This document shows positions 1 to 9,723 of a stretch of DNA of 64,000 nucleotides, one piece after another. The first letter of the stretch is position 1. Each line of letters begins with the position of its first letter. The position numbers and the translations under genes are program-made. The notes beneath the pieces were generated by a model, which was given only the letters and a program-made list of their open reading frames with translations, was not told the DNA's origin and did no database searches. Where the stretch lies: positions 252,818 through 316,817 of the forward strand of contig NZ_CANMFF010000004.1 of NCBI RefSeq assembly GCF_947497005.1, given 5' to 3'. Source of the DNA: an uncultured Ruegeria sp. Lineage in GTDB: Bacteria > Pseudomonadota > Alphaproteobacteria > Rhodobacterales > Rhodobacteraceae.

Positions 1-535
1 CAATCGGCTCGCGGCTGTTGGCACGGATGATGTCCAGCAGCAGCGCGTTGGGGGTGCCTTCCTCGACCAGCTTGCAGGGCGGGACCAGCAGTCCCTCATC
101 ATAGATGTCGGACCCTTCGGGGCCCATGCCTTGCCCGCCCAGATCCACCAGATGAGAGGTGCAGGAGGTAAAGCCCACCACTTTGCCATCCTTGAAAGCC
201 GGCATCATCAACAGGAAGTCATTCAGATGCCCCGAAGCGAGCCATGGGTCATTGGTCATGTAGATGTCGCCGGGTTTCATGTCCTGCAGCGCAAAGCGGC
301 CACGCAGGTGCAGCACTGCTTCGGCCATGGTATTGATATGGCCCGGCGTGCCAGTCACGGCCTGCGCCAGCATCCGGCCGTTGACGTCGAAAATCCCGGC
401 CGAGATATCGCCGCATTCACGCACGATGGGGGAAAAGGCGGCGCGGATCAGGGTCTGGCCCTGTTCCTCGACCACCGCCAGCAAGCGGTTCCACATCACT
501 TGCAGGCGAGCGGGGGGAAGATCGGTCGTCATCAT
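1..535 (-). CDS. Hydantoinase B/oxoprolinase family protein (5' part; runs off left edge)
   Basis: Hand translation MMTTDLPPARLQVMWNRLLAVVEEQGQTLIRAAFSPIVRECGDISAGIFD...GDIYMTNDPWLASGHLND. The ATG overlaps the TGA of the upstream A subunit (ATGA). Confidence 0.9.
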   Translation of the reverse strand, partial: MMTTDLPPARLQVMWNRLLAVVEEQGQTLIRAAFSPIVRECGDISAGIFDVNGRMLAQAVTGTPGHINTMAEAVLHLRGRFALQDMKPGDIYMTNDPWLASGHLNDFLLMMPAFKDGKVVGFTSCTSHLVDLGGQGMGPEGSDIYDEGLLVPPCKLVEEGTPNALLLDIIRANSREPI

Positions 536-2625
536 GCGCCTCCTTTCTGGTCCTGAACCAGGACGAGGTTTCCAATTGCATCCACATGGGCCGAGAAATC
601 GGCTGAGACCAGCGTGGTGGTCTGCGGCTCGTGGATCAGCGCCGGGCCGCAAACGCGGTTGCCGGGTTTCAGGTCAGACCGGGCCACAAAGGCGGCCTGT
701 TTCAGCGTTCCGTCCACATCACAGGTGATCGGGCGGATGTCCGATGCCGCAATTGTGGACAGCGCGGGCGTTTCGGACACCGGAGGCACGGCACTGTCGC
801 GGGTGGCGACGCGCACGGCCCAGTTGAGGATCTCGATCTGCATCCCCGGCACCGGGCGCGAGAATTGCTTACGGTATTCCTCTTCAAACGCGGCGGTCAG
901 CGGGGCGATGTCGTCTGCTGTCAGATGCCGGTCGGGCAAGGCGATCTCGATCTCGTGGCCCTGTCCGTTGTAGCGCATGAAAGCGGTGCGCAGCGTCTCG
1001 GTAGGGGCATCGCCCGCACCTTGGACGACCACATCCTTTGCTTCAGTGATCATGGCGTCGAACAGTGCGTTGATCTCGTCCATGTCCATGCTGTCCAACA
1101 GCGAATAGCGCGAGCGGACGATTTCGAACGACACTGGCGCGAACAGGAAACCCACCGCCGAGCCGACGCCTGGATTGGGCGGGATCACGATGCGGCTGAC
1201 TCCGGCAGATCGCGCCACTCGGCTGGCATGCAGCGGCCCGTTGCCGCCAAAGGCAATCATTGTGCGCGGTCCAAGATCCTTACCCGATTCCACCGCGTGC
1301 ATCCGACCCGCGCTGGCCATGCTTTCGTCAACGATGCGGCTGACGCCATCGGCTGAGCCAACGGCATCCAGATCAAGCTCTGATCCGATCACTTTCGCCA
1401 GAACCTGTTTCGAACCTTCGGGATCAAGCTGAATATGTCCCTCGGCGAAAATGTCAGGCACGATATAGCCCAGTGTGATGTCACTGTCGGTTACAGTAGG
1501 ATCGATGCCGCCGCGCATGAAAGCGACCGGCCCGGGCTCGGAACCCGCCGATTTTGGCCCGACAGTCAGGCGCCCCAACCGGTCGACCCCTGCGATGGAG
1601 CCGCCACCGGCGCCGATCTCGATCATCTCGATCACCGGAATACGCACCGGCATTCCCGATCCTTTGATGAAGCGCGCGGCGCGGGCGATCTCGAATGAGC
1701 GCGAAGTCTGCGGGCGGGCCTTGTCGATCAGACACAGTTTGGCGGTGGTGCCGCCGACGTCAAAAGACAGCACCTCGTTCAGCCCGGTTCGGGCGGCGAT
1801 GTGGGCGGCCAGAATGGCCCCACCGGCCGGGCCGGATTCCACCAGCCGGATCGGAAAGCGCGCAGCGGTACGCACGGTGCACATGCCGCCACCGGCGGTC
1901 ATCATCAGGATCGGACAGGTCACGCCCTCTGCCTCGAAGCGATCAACGAAGCGGTTCAGATAGGTCTCCATCAACGGTTGGATATAGGCGTTGGCGATGG
2001 TGGTGCACAGCCGGTCGAACTCGCGCGCTTCGGGGCTGACATCGGACGAGATCGATACAGTCAGATCCGGGCGGTGTTCAACCAGAAGATCCCGCAGGCG
2101 TCTTTCGTGGGCCGGGTTGGCGTATGAATGCATCAGACAGATGGCAACAGCCTTGGCTTCGCAGGCGTCGATTTCAGCCAGCAACCGGTCGAGCTGCGCC
2201 TCGTCCAGTTCAATCAGCACCACACCTTCTGCCGACATACGTTCGCGGATGCTCAGAGAACGCTCGCGCGGCACCAGCAGGTCTGGCTTCTCGAGGTTGA
2301 TGTCGTATTGGGAATACCGCCGTTCATATCCGATATCGAGGATGTCCCGGAACCCTTCGGTACAGATCGTGGCGACAACCGCGCCCCGCCGTTCGATCAG
2401 CGCGTTGGTCGCAAGTGTCGTGCCATGGATAAAACCGGTGACGTCCTCCAGCGCCCGTCCGGATTGCGCCATCACACGTTGTGCGCCCTCCATGGCACCT
2501 TCCGCTGGGTTTTGATGGGTGGTTAGGGTTTTGGTCGAAGCCAGTATTGTCTCTTCGCCAGAGACAAGTACCGTGTCGGTAAAAGTGCCGCCAATATCAA
2601 TGGCGAGGCGCAAAGCAGTTGTCAT
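532..2625 (-). CDS. Hydantoinase A/oxoprolinase family protein
   Basis: 697 aa; motifs IDIGGTFTD, HGTTLATNAL, ESGPAGG, FDVGGTT, GAGGGSIA. Confidence 0.93.
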   Translation of the reverse strand: MTTALRLAIDIGGTFTDTVLVSGEETILASTKTLTTHQNPAEGAMEGAQRVMAQSGRALEDVTGFIHGTTLATNALIERRGAVVATICTEGFRDILDIGYERRYSQYDINLEKPDLLVPRERSLSIRERMSAEGVVLIELDEAQLDRLLAEIDACEAKAVAICLMHSYANPAHERRLRDLLVEHRPDLTVSISSDVSPEAREFDRLCTTIANAYIQPLMETYLNRFVDRFEAEGVTCPILMMTAGGGMCTVRTAARFPIRLVESGPAGGAILAAHIAARTGLNEVLSFDVGGTTAKLCLIDKARPQTSRSFEIARAARFIKGSGMPVRIPVIEMIEIGAGGGSIAGVDRLGRLTVGPKSAGSEPGPVAFMRGGIDPTVTDSDITLGYIVPDIFAEGHIQLDPEGSKQVLAKVIGSELDLDAVGSADGVSRIVDESMASAGRMHAVESGKDLGPRTMIAFGGNGPLHASRVARSAGVSRIVIPPNPGVGSAVGFLFAPVSFEIVRSRYSLLDSMDMDEINALFDAMITEAKDVVVQGAGDAPTETLRTAFMRYNGQGHEIEIALPDRHLTADDIAPLTAAFEEEYRKQFSRPVPGMQIEILNWAVRVATRDSAVPPVSETPALSTIAASDIRPITCDVDGTLKQAAFVARSDLKPGNRVCGPALIHEPQTTTLVSADFSAHVDAIGNLVLVQDQKGGA

Positions 2626-3369
2626 GGAGTATTCCGAATATTCGTGATCGCAGCGTGATACAGAAGGGCAAACGCCCGCGATCAGGCAGCGATCACCAGA
2701 TCACAGCCGGTGGCACGGCGATCCAGACGGTTGGGAATACACAGACAGTTCATACCGTTTTTTCTCTTACAGTGATTCAGGTCACAAGCCAATTTACGAC
2801 AAGTTAGCCTGCAAGCGACACAATTATTGCTGCACGTCAAATTTCTGCCGACTACCGGGTAGTCAGACGCGGATCATGAAATCAGGCAACTCACCAACGC
2901 TCGTGTGCCTTGGCGCAGTCCGTTTCTTAGGTTGCCGCGACCTGTCTTTGGGTAGACGTGTTTGCAATGCCCATGATGAGGTCGGCGAACACCGGGAGAC
3001 CTCCGTAATCTATGACACTGATGGTCGTCGTCTAACCTGAAGCAACCTACCGATTGACGAGTGCCTCTTTTAGTTCAGTACTGGGATGAAGCAAGTAGCA
3101 AGTAGAATGGGCCGAAATGTTCCAGATCCGCTATAGCGACGCAGCAAGGAACCGCCTGCCTCTGTTAATTTGACAATTTCTGAGAGCGGGCTTCGATATT
3201 CACGAATGGATGCCGATATCAAGCTGCGTTTGACGACACGTGAAGCCACTATTTTTAGTTGCGTTTCGTAGCCAGCCTGAAACAGGATCGCGCATTGATT
3301 TTTTTGGACTATGCCCGCAAGCCATAAATGCTGGCCCGCGGACTGTGTTTATGCCGTCTAGTCCCGTAG

Positions 3370-4010
3370 TCAGAACTCGACGACGGCGCGGATGCTTTCG
3401 CCTTCGTGCATCAGATCAAGCTCGTGGTTGATCTCATCCAGCAAGAGCTTGTGGCCATCGGGTCGATTTCAATTTTGCTGTCAATGAACCAGTCAACGAT
3501 CTTTGGCACGTCCGTACGGCCTGACGCGCCGCCAAAGGCCGTACCGCGCCAGCTACGGCCGGTAATCAACTGGAATGGGCGGGTCGGTATTTCCGCCCCA
3601 GCTGGTGTCACGCCGGTGATGATCTATTCACCCCAGCCTTTGTGCGCAGCTTCCAGCGCGGTGCGCATCACTCCAACATTGCCAGTCGCATCAAACGTAT
3701 AGTCGGCACCGCCGCCGGTCAGGCCCACCAGATGCGCGACAAGGTCACCGTCGATCTTGGACGGGTTCACGAAATCTGTCATGCCGAACTTCGTGGCCAT
3801 CTCAGCCTTACCGGGGTTCAGGTCGACACCGACGATCTGGTCGGCTCCCGCCAAGCGTAAGCCCTGAATCACATTCAGCCCAATGCCACTCAGACCAAAC
3901 ACAATGCCTCGGTTGCCGATTTCGACTCTGGCGGTATTGATCACCGCGTCAATGCCGGTGGTGACGTCGCAGCCGATGTGGCGGATCTTGTCGAATGGCG
4001 CGTCAGGACA
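3370..4010 (-). pseudogene. frmA: S-(hydroxymethyl)glutathione dehydrogenase (class III ADH) pseudogene, 3' half only
   Basis: Fragments DAPFDKI..., GIGLNVIQG, GRSWRGTAFGGASGRTDVPKIVDW and terminal LDLMHEGESIRAVVEF*. In-frame TAG at 3624-3626, frameshifts near 3420-3460, N-terminal half absent. Confidence 0.88.
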
Positions 4011-4166
4011 GTCCGGTCGAAGATCTTACATTCGACTGAGAATTTGAAAGCTGCGACCCTTCAAGGCGGCTTTGCCACGGGCAACGAATGACCCTGAAAA
4101 TCTTGGAATTAAGTCCGGATGAGCGCCCTATGGGACGCTGGGACCAGATTTTTCAATTGTCGCCGT

Positions 4167-4946
4167 CTATGCGATCGTTCTTTCCATCAGACGGTAAAAT
4201 TCGTCACTTGCGTATTTTTCCTGCCAGGGCTTGTGCCCGCATCGTTTGATTTCAACAAATTCTGCCGAAGGAAGTGCCGCTTGCAATGGCAGCCGCACGC
4301 CTTCCGAAGGCCTTGGATCGTGATCTCCATGGATTGCTATGACAGGGCAACGAATGGTAGAAATCGCATCAAGAAGCGCGCCATCTTTGCGCATGCCATC
4401 TGCTTCGCGCCACACCGCCTGATGTATCGCTCCGTCAAACATAACTTTGGGTTGCGGGGACATGTCTCGTGCGTAGGTATCTGCCAGATCGCTGAGTTCG
4501 ATAAAGCGTGCAACGTGAGTGGGGTCTCCTGCCATGGGACGCAGAGCCTTCAGTTCGGTCCGTTCATCGTTTGTCAGGCGAGAGCTTTTCGTGGTTTGGA
4601 TTGCTCTGGCGTAATTCGCTTCGAGCGGTCCGCTGCCGACAAGGATGAGCGTTCTCACTAAAATTTCGTGTTGCGCGGCGAGTAAACATCCGAGCCAGGC
4701 ACCCCACGACCAACCGATGACAACAACGGGTGGCTTGCAATATTGTTCAATTTGCGATCTGAGTTCGTTCACCTGTCCATTCGCTGACCGGCGCGACTGA
4801 AAGGGTTCAAGTACGTCAAAGCCCCTGCAACCGAGTTCACGCGCAAACGGTTCGACCTCTCCGGCGCCGCCAGGCCCGCCGTGAAGCACGACGACGCGAG
4901 AGGGTTTTTTGCCGTACTGGCGAACTTCTTCTTGTAGTTTAATCAT
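4167..4946 (-). CDS. Alpha/beta fold hydrolase (proline iminopeptidase-like HGGPG motif)
   Basis: LHGGPGG oxyanion motif, GWSWG nucleophile elbow, HGDHD and GHKPW triad candidates. Start uncertain (4946 or 4994). Confidence 0.82.
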   Translation of the reverse strand: MIKLQEEVRQYGKKPSRVVVLHGGPGGAGEVEPFARELGCRGFDVLEPFQSRRSANGQVNELRSQIEQYCKPPVVVIGWSWGAWLGCLLAAQHEILVRTLILVGSGPLEANYARAIQTTKSSRLTNDERTELKALRPMAGDPTHVARFIELSDLADTYARDMSPQPKVMFDGAIHQAVWREADGMRKDGALLDAISTIRCPVIAIHGDHDPRPSEGVRLPLQAALPSAEFVEIKRCGHKPWQEKYASDEFYRLMERTIA

Positions 4947-5029
4947 TCCGCAATCGTCATCTACAGGACGCCGCATTGTCAAATCGAACGGCAAACGAAT
5001 ATCGGATTAGAAGGCCTGGGAGACTTCAG

Positions 5030-5641
5030 ACAATTTCTGCTTTCACCTGTCGCCACCTGTGTTCGCATGTGAAGATTATTTTCGCCCGACCAGGGAGTGA
5101 GATGTGTAAGAGGAGTTAACCCGGCGCATCCTTTCCGGCCTTCTTCTGCTGCGGGACAACGAGGTCAAGTTGCTCGATATTCCAGGAATTGATGATGGCT
5201 TTAAACAAGTTCATCCCGGCGATAGGGAAGTGCTGATCTCCTGCAGGCTGGCCCAGGATTTTCCTCGGCTGATCAATCCGCAATCTGTTCCACGATGCAC
5301 GATGTGCCTTACCCTTGTTAAACCCAAAATTAGCGCGACGCTGCATATCGGTGTCAAGCTGCCAATCATTGATAAATAATGTAAGTTCACCCCACCGCTT
5401 TCCTGAAGGGATATGGCCAGATCATGCTGCAAGGCCCGCGTTTCCAGTTTTTTCAGAAGCTGACGGGCTGCATCACGCGAAAGAGCATCGTTGCCATGCG
5501 ACACAACACATCCGGCTAATTAGCGATGAACGTATTTCTCCAGGTCCTGTCACCGGTCAACCCCTTCAACTCTACGGGCACAGCCATTGTGTCAACAACA
5601 TGCAGCCGTTTGGAACGCAGGTCCCTGGTGCACGGAAGGAA
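5030..5641 (-). mobile_element. Degenerate Tn3-family transposase C-terminal relic
   Basis: Frameshifted pieces DLRSKRLHV...IAN*PD, QLLKKL...HDLAISLQE, DMQRRANFGFNKGKAHRA, QHFPIAGMNL...IINSWN and LLLHISLPGRAKIIFTCEHRW match the Tn3 TnpA C-terminus pattern. Confidence 0.75.
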
Positions 5642-5751
5642 TACCCAGAAGATCAGCGTGCCAAGCGTCGCAAAGCCAAGTGTCATTGACCTTTTTTTCA
5701 GCATAGCTGGTTGGGCTTTCAGGCTGTTCAAAACTTGGCTTTCAGGGTCAT
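5642..5751 (-). pseudogene. Possible N-terminal stub of an AbrB-family membrane protein, fused to the Tn3 relic
   Basis: KKRSMTLGFATLGTLIFWVF resembles the first TM helix of AbrB-like proteins that I recall divergent from gntR-tcuAB in alphaproteobacteria. The match is short. Confidence 0.4.
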
Positions 5752-5761
5752 TGACTCGTTA

Positions 5762-5803
5762 TGTATCCAAGTGTATACAAATGCACGCAATATACAAGTG
5801 TAC
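5762..5803. promoter_or_regulatory. Putative GntR operator(s)
   Basis: Palindrome TGTATACA at 5772-5779 and a TATACAA repeat at 5774 and 5791, directly upstream of the gntR start. Confidence 0.55.
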
Positions 5804-5808
5804 GCGCT

Positions 5809-6489
5809 ATGACCGTCCAGGACGACCCAATACAGCCCGGCCCACAAGGCAATTCCGCGTATCAGCGCATGCTGGAGCAGATCCGCGACGGCACGCTCTT
5901 GCCTGGCGATCGCTTGCGCGAGATCGAGCTGTCTGAACGCTTGGGTGTCAGCCGCACACCAATCCGCGAAGCGATCCGACAGCTTGAAGCGGACGGGCTG
6001 GTAATGCATGTGCCAAGGCTGGGCGCAACGGTCCGCAGCCTCGACTACGCTGAAGTGATGGAGCTTTATGAGATGCGTGCCGTGCTTGAAGGCACCGCTG
6101 CGCGGTTGGCGGCACGGGCAGCCTCGGATGTTGAACTTGATGAGTTGGAAGTTTTAAATGATCGGCTGGCTGAGGCCGGCACAGGTCCGGATGCAGCTCG
6201 AATCAACCGGATTTTTCACGCCACTTTGCTGGATGCAGCCAAGAACCGGTTTCTGGCGAAGTCCATGCTGTCCCTGCAAAAGGCGCTGCTGATCCTTGGG
6301 CCGTCACAGCTGTTGGACAGTGATCGGGCAGAAACTGCAGTGGTCGAACATCGGCACATCATGGCTGCCCTGAAATCGCGCGACGGTGCCGCAGCAGAAA
6401 CCGAAATGCGCGCGCATATCCAGGCGGCCCAACGCATGCGCATCCGCGCGCTGCAGGAACGTGACCGCACAAGCGATCAGAGCCAGTAG
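5809..6489 (+). CDS. GntR/FCD family transcriptional regulator
   Basis: wHTH LPGDRLREIELSERLGVSRTPIREA followed by an FCD domain (NRIFHATL, EHRHIM). Start placed at ATG 5809. Confidence 0.93.
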   Translation: MTVQDDPIQPGPQGNSAYQRMLEQIRDGTLLPGDRLREIELSERLGVSRTPIREAIRQLEADGLVMHVPRLGATVRSLDYAEVMELYEMRAVLEGTAARLAARAASDVELDELEVLNDRLAEAGTGPDAARINRIFHATLLDAAKNRFLAKSMLSLQKALLILGPSQLLDSDRAETAVVEHRHIMAALKSRDGAAAETEMRAHIQAAQRMRIRALQERDRTSDQSQ

Positions 6490-6500
6490 GACCACGTTAC

Positions 6501-7895
6501 ATGGCCGCTCAAATGGAATTGTATGATATCGCGGTGATCGGAGGGGGTAACGCGGCCCTATGTGCGGCAATGACAGCTGCCGAAGCGGGTGCGAAGGTCC
6601 TGATCCTGGAAACCGCGCCAAAACCGTATCGCGGGGGAAACTCACGTCACACGCGCAACTTTCGCTGTATGCACACAGGTCCTCTGGGCCCATTGGTCGA
6701 GGAGTACAGCGAAGATGAATACCTGTCCGACTTGCTGAAAGTCACGGGTGGCAAGACTGACGAACGCCTGGCACGTTTGGCGATCCGAACCTCGGAAGAT
6801 TGCTTGCCGTGGATGGAAGAGCACGGGGTCCGCTTCCAACCGTCTCTTTCAGGTACTTTGTCCCTTGCTCGGACCAATGCGTTTTTCATGGGGGGCGGCA
6901 AATCTCTGGTGAATGCCTATTACCGGACGGCCGCCGGGTTGGGTGTCGACGTCCGGTACGAAGCCGCAGTCACGCATCTGGAGCTGAATGGTGATCAGAT
7001 CGAATGGGTCGATTTCACCTATGCGGGGCAAGAACATCGCGTCTCTCCCAAGGCAGTTATTGTCGCCTCGGGCGGGTTTCAGGCCGATACCGATTGGCTG
7101 ACCCGCGCCTGGGGCGAACCTGCAAAGAACTTCCTGATCCGCGGCACGCCGTACAACCGAGGTGTGGTGTTGGCCGACCTTCTGGATCAAGGCATTGAGC
7201 GCGTCGGCGATCCAACCCAGTGCCACGCCGTTGCCATCGACGGGCGTGCGCCCAAATTCGATGGCGGGATTGTCACCCGTCTGGACTGCGTTCCGTTTTC
7301 CATTGTCGTGAACAAAGAAGCCGAGCGGTTCTATGACGAGGGCGAAGATGTCTGGCCCAAGCGCTATGCGATCTGGGGACGTCTGGTGGCGGCCCAGCCG
7401 GATCAGGTGGGCTACGTGATCATCGATAGCAAATCACTGAACCTGTTCATGCCGTCAGTATTCCCGCCGCTTAAGGCGGGTACGCTGGAGGAACTGGCGG
7501 CGCTGATGGGCCTGTCGCCCGACAAATTGACGGCGACCGTCACCGAGTTCAATGCTGCGTGCGGTGATACCGGCGGGTTTCACCCGACTGAACTGGATGG
7601 GGTAGCCACTTCGGACCTTAGTCCACCCAAATCCAACTGGGCGCGCCCGATCACCGAGCCGCCTTTCTACGGGTATTTGTTACGAACCGGTGTGACGTTT
7701 ACGTATCTGGGCCTGAAAGTCGACGACACGGCACAGTGCTCAACCGCCTCAGGCAAGATCAAAAACCTCTGGGCTGCCGGGGAAACCATGGCCGGCTCGA
7801 TCCTTGGACAGGGCTATCTGGCGGGCTTCGGCATGACTATCGGGACCGTCTTCGGTCGCATCGCAGGGCGCGAGGCCGCCGCCTATGCAAGCTGA
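6501..7895 (+). CDS. tcuA: FAD-dependent tricarballylate dehydrogenase
   Basis: VIGGGNAALCAA, RGGNSRHTRN, DGGIVTRLDC, GYLAGFGMTIG; adjacent to tcuB. Confidence 0.92.
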   Translation: MAAQMELYDIAVIGGGNAALCAAMTAAEAGAKVLILETAPKPYRGGNSRHTRNFRCMHTGPLGPLVEEYSEDEYLSDLLKVTGGKTDERLARLAIRTSEDCLPWMEEHGVRFQPSLSGTLSLARTNAFFMGGGKSLVNAYYRTAAGLGVDVRYEAAVTHLELNGDQIEWVDFTYAGQEHRVSPKAVIVASGGFQADTDWLTRAWGEPAKNFLIRGTPYNRGVVLADLLDQGIERVGDPTQCHAVAIDGRAPKFDGGIVTRLDCVPFSIVVNKEAERFYDEGEDVWPKRYAIWGRLVAAQPDQVGYVIIDSKSLNLFMPSVFPPLKAGTLEELAALMGLSPDKLTATVTEFNAACGDTGGFHPTELDGVATSDLSPPKSNWARPITEPPFYGYLLRTGVTFTYLGLKVDDTAQCSTASGKIKNLWAAGETMAGSILGQGYLAGFGMTIGTVFGRIAGREAAAYAS

Positions 7896-8952
7896 CCTGA
7901 TACAAGAAGCGCGCCGTCAGGCCGAGATCTGCAATGCATGCCGCTATTGCGAAGGCTATTGCTCGGTCTTTCCGTCGCTTAATGCCGAACGCGCGTTTTC
8001 GGACGGTGCAATAACGCAACTGGCAAATCTCTGCCACAACTGCCGGGGGTGTTACTATGCCTGCCAGTACACGGCTCCGCACGAGTTCGACCTCAATCTA
8101 CCGAAAGCTTTGGCTGAAGTGCGACGTGATAGCTGGGAAAGCTTTGCCTGGCCGCAGCCACTGGCGCGCCGATTTCACACGCATGGTGGTGCCATAGCTT
8201 TGGCGCTTATGATCGGGTTTGCGCTGCTGTTCTGGGCCGTTCGCGTCATTGGATCCAGCGGAGGGGAGGGTTTCTACGCCGTCCTGTCGCATAATGCGAT
8301 GGTCGCGATCTTCGCCCCTGCGTTTGTGCTGCCGCTCTTTAGTATATTCCTCAGCCTAAGGCGCTATTGGGTTAAGGTTGGCGGCAAACCTCTCCAAGTG
8401 GCTGACGTGACGGCTGCTTTCAAACGCGCTGGTCAAATGCAGGATCTCGCCGCAGGGCACGGTGAGGGCTGTAATTTCGAGGACGAAGACCGCTTTAGCC
8501 AGGCGCGACGTCACACTCACCAAACCATCATGTATGGATTCCTGCTGTGCTTTGCGTCGACCTCGATCGCGACTGTTTTGCATTACGGCTTCGGAATGCA
8601 TGCGCCCTACGGGTTATGGTCATTGCCCAAGCTGTTCGGGATTTCTGGTGGTGTTTTGCTGACGGTGGGTTGCGGCACCATGGTGTACCTTAAACAAAAA
8701 TCTGACCGTGATCTCGGTGACCCTGCTGCATGGGGAGGTGATATCGGTTTTATCCTGCTGCTTGGGTTTGTTGGGCTGAGCGGGCTTGTTCTCTACGTCC
8801 TCGGCTCATCTGCATTGATGCCTGCACTGCTTGCCATCCATTTGGGTTCGGTTCTGACATTCTTCTTGCTCACTCCCTATACCAAGATGGCTCATGGGTT
8901 TTATCGCCTCGCCGCACTCGTTCGGGATGCCCAACGGAAAAGAGGCATGTGA
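7885..8952 (+). CDS. tcuB: Tricarballylate utilization 4Fe-4S membrane protein
   Basis: CNACRYCEGYC and CHNCRGCYYAC clusters followed by multiple TM helices; overlaps the tcuA stop. Confidence 0.92.
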   Translation: MQADLIQEARRQAEICNACRYCEGYCSVFPSLNAERAFSDGAITQLANLCHNCRGCYYACQYTAPHEFDLNLPKALAEVRRDSWESFAWPQPLARRFHTHGGAIALALMIGFALLFWAVRVIGSSGGEGFYAVLSHNAMVAIFAPAFVLPLFSIFLSLRRYWVKVGGKPLQVADVTAAFKRAGQMQDLAAGHGEGCNFEDEDRFSQARRHTHQTIMYGFLLCFASTSIATVLHYGFGMHAPYGLWSLPKLFGISGGVLLTVGCGTMVYLKQKSDRDLGDPAAWGGDIGFILLLGFVGLSGLVLYVLGSSALMPALLAIHLGSVLTFFLLTPYTKMAHGFYRLAALVRDAQRKRGM

Positions 8953-9169
8953 GTATTATCGGCACATGACTTGGTGCGCTTTTTGCATACAGGGCCATAA
9001 ACGCGTCATCCAGGCGTCAGGCCACCAGAACAGATTGAGCAACCCCTATCTCATGAAAATCGGCACATCTTCGGCAGGGAAAGTGCGCATTCGGCCGTCA
9101 ACTTGGCGGTTTGACAAAGACTTTCAAAGAGTCCCTGACATGGGCCGTGATGGCGGCAGCGTCTGCGAT

Positions 9170-9512
9170 ACTTGCCGCCCAGCCGCCATGGCCAACAAGG
9201 CCGCGCGGGCCATCTGGGCGATGCTCACGAAGAAACAGGAATACCGGCAGCCTGCGTTCTAACCGGGCCGACTGCCCGCAAGATGCAAGACGTTGAAGTG
9301 GTGATGCGGAATTAAGTCAACCAAGAGCAAGGACACTCTGGGAACGGCAGCGACCCTCGGACGTCGATAAGCCGGTTGGAACCTCGCTTGCGGAAGTCAT
9401 CAAGGCCAGTGGCGACAATGTCGCCACGCAAACAGGCCGGACAGACGAAAGTACTGACAAAATACCCGCAAACATTACCAAAAAGTTCTTGCAATGCAGG
9501 GGCCACCCAAAG
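9170..9512 (+). mobile_element. IS110-family (IS1111-like) relic: transposase tail plus downstream non-coding end
   Basis: AAMANKAARAIWAMLTKKQEYRQPAF* matches the ANKxARxxWAML C-terminus of IS110 transposases, followed by about 250 nt of non-coding sequence. Confidence 0.72.
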
Positions 9513-9723
9513 GGGTCGTTCGCTGCACTTGCCCCATTCGCGGCTATTAATACATCGTGTCTGTCACAAAGTGAACGAGGCAAAACTGGATACAGGCCAA
9601 TCACTTCGGTCAAATTGAAACGGGTTACCCGGTGTTTGGTCAAGTCGACGCCGGATGAACTTACTGCTTTGAAGCTAGGATTTTGTCGAAATTGGTAGAG
9701 AGCTTAGTACCAGAACCGCGTCT

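Noticed and set aside
131-1963. Plus-strand ORFs of 85-241 aa over the hydantoinase genes
   Set aside because: Antisense shadows of well-supported minus-strand CDSs, with no motifs.
2870-3369. Unexplained ~500-bp non-coding stretch as an sRNA or IS end
   Set aside because: No convincing ORF, terminal repeat or known RNA motif could be supported by eye; it would need an Rfam/ISfinder search.
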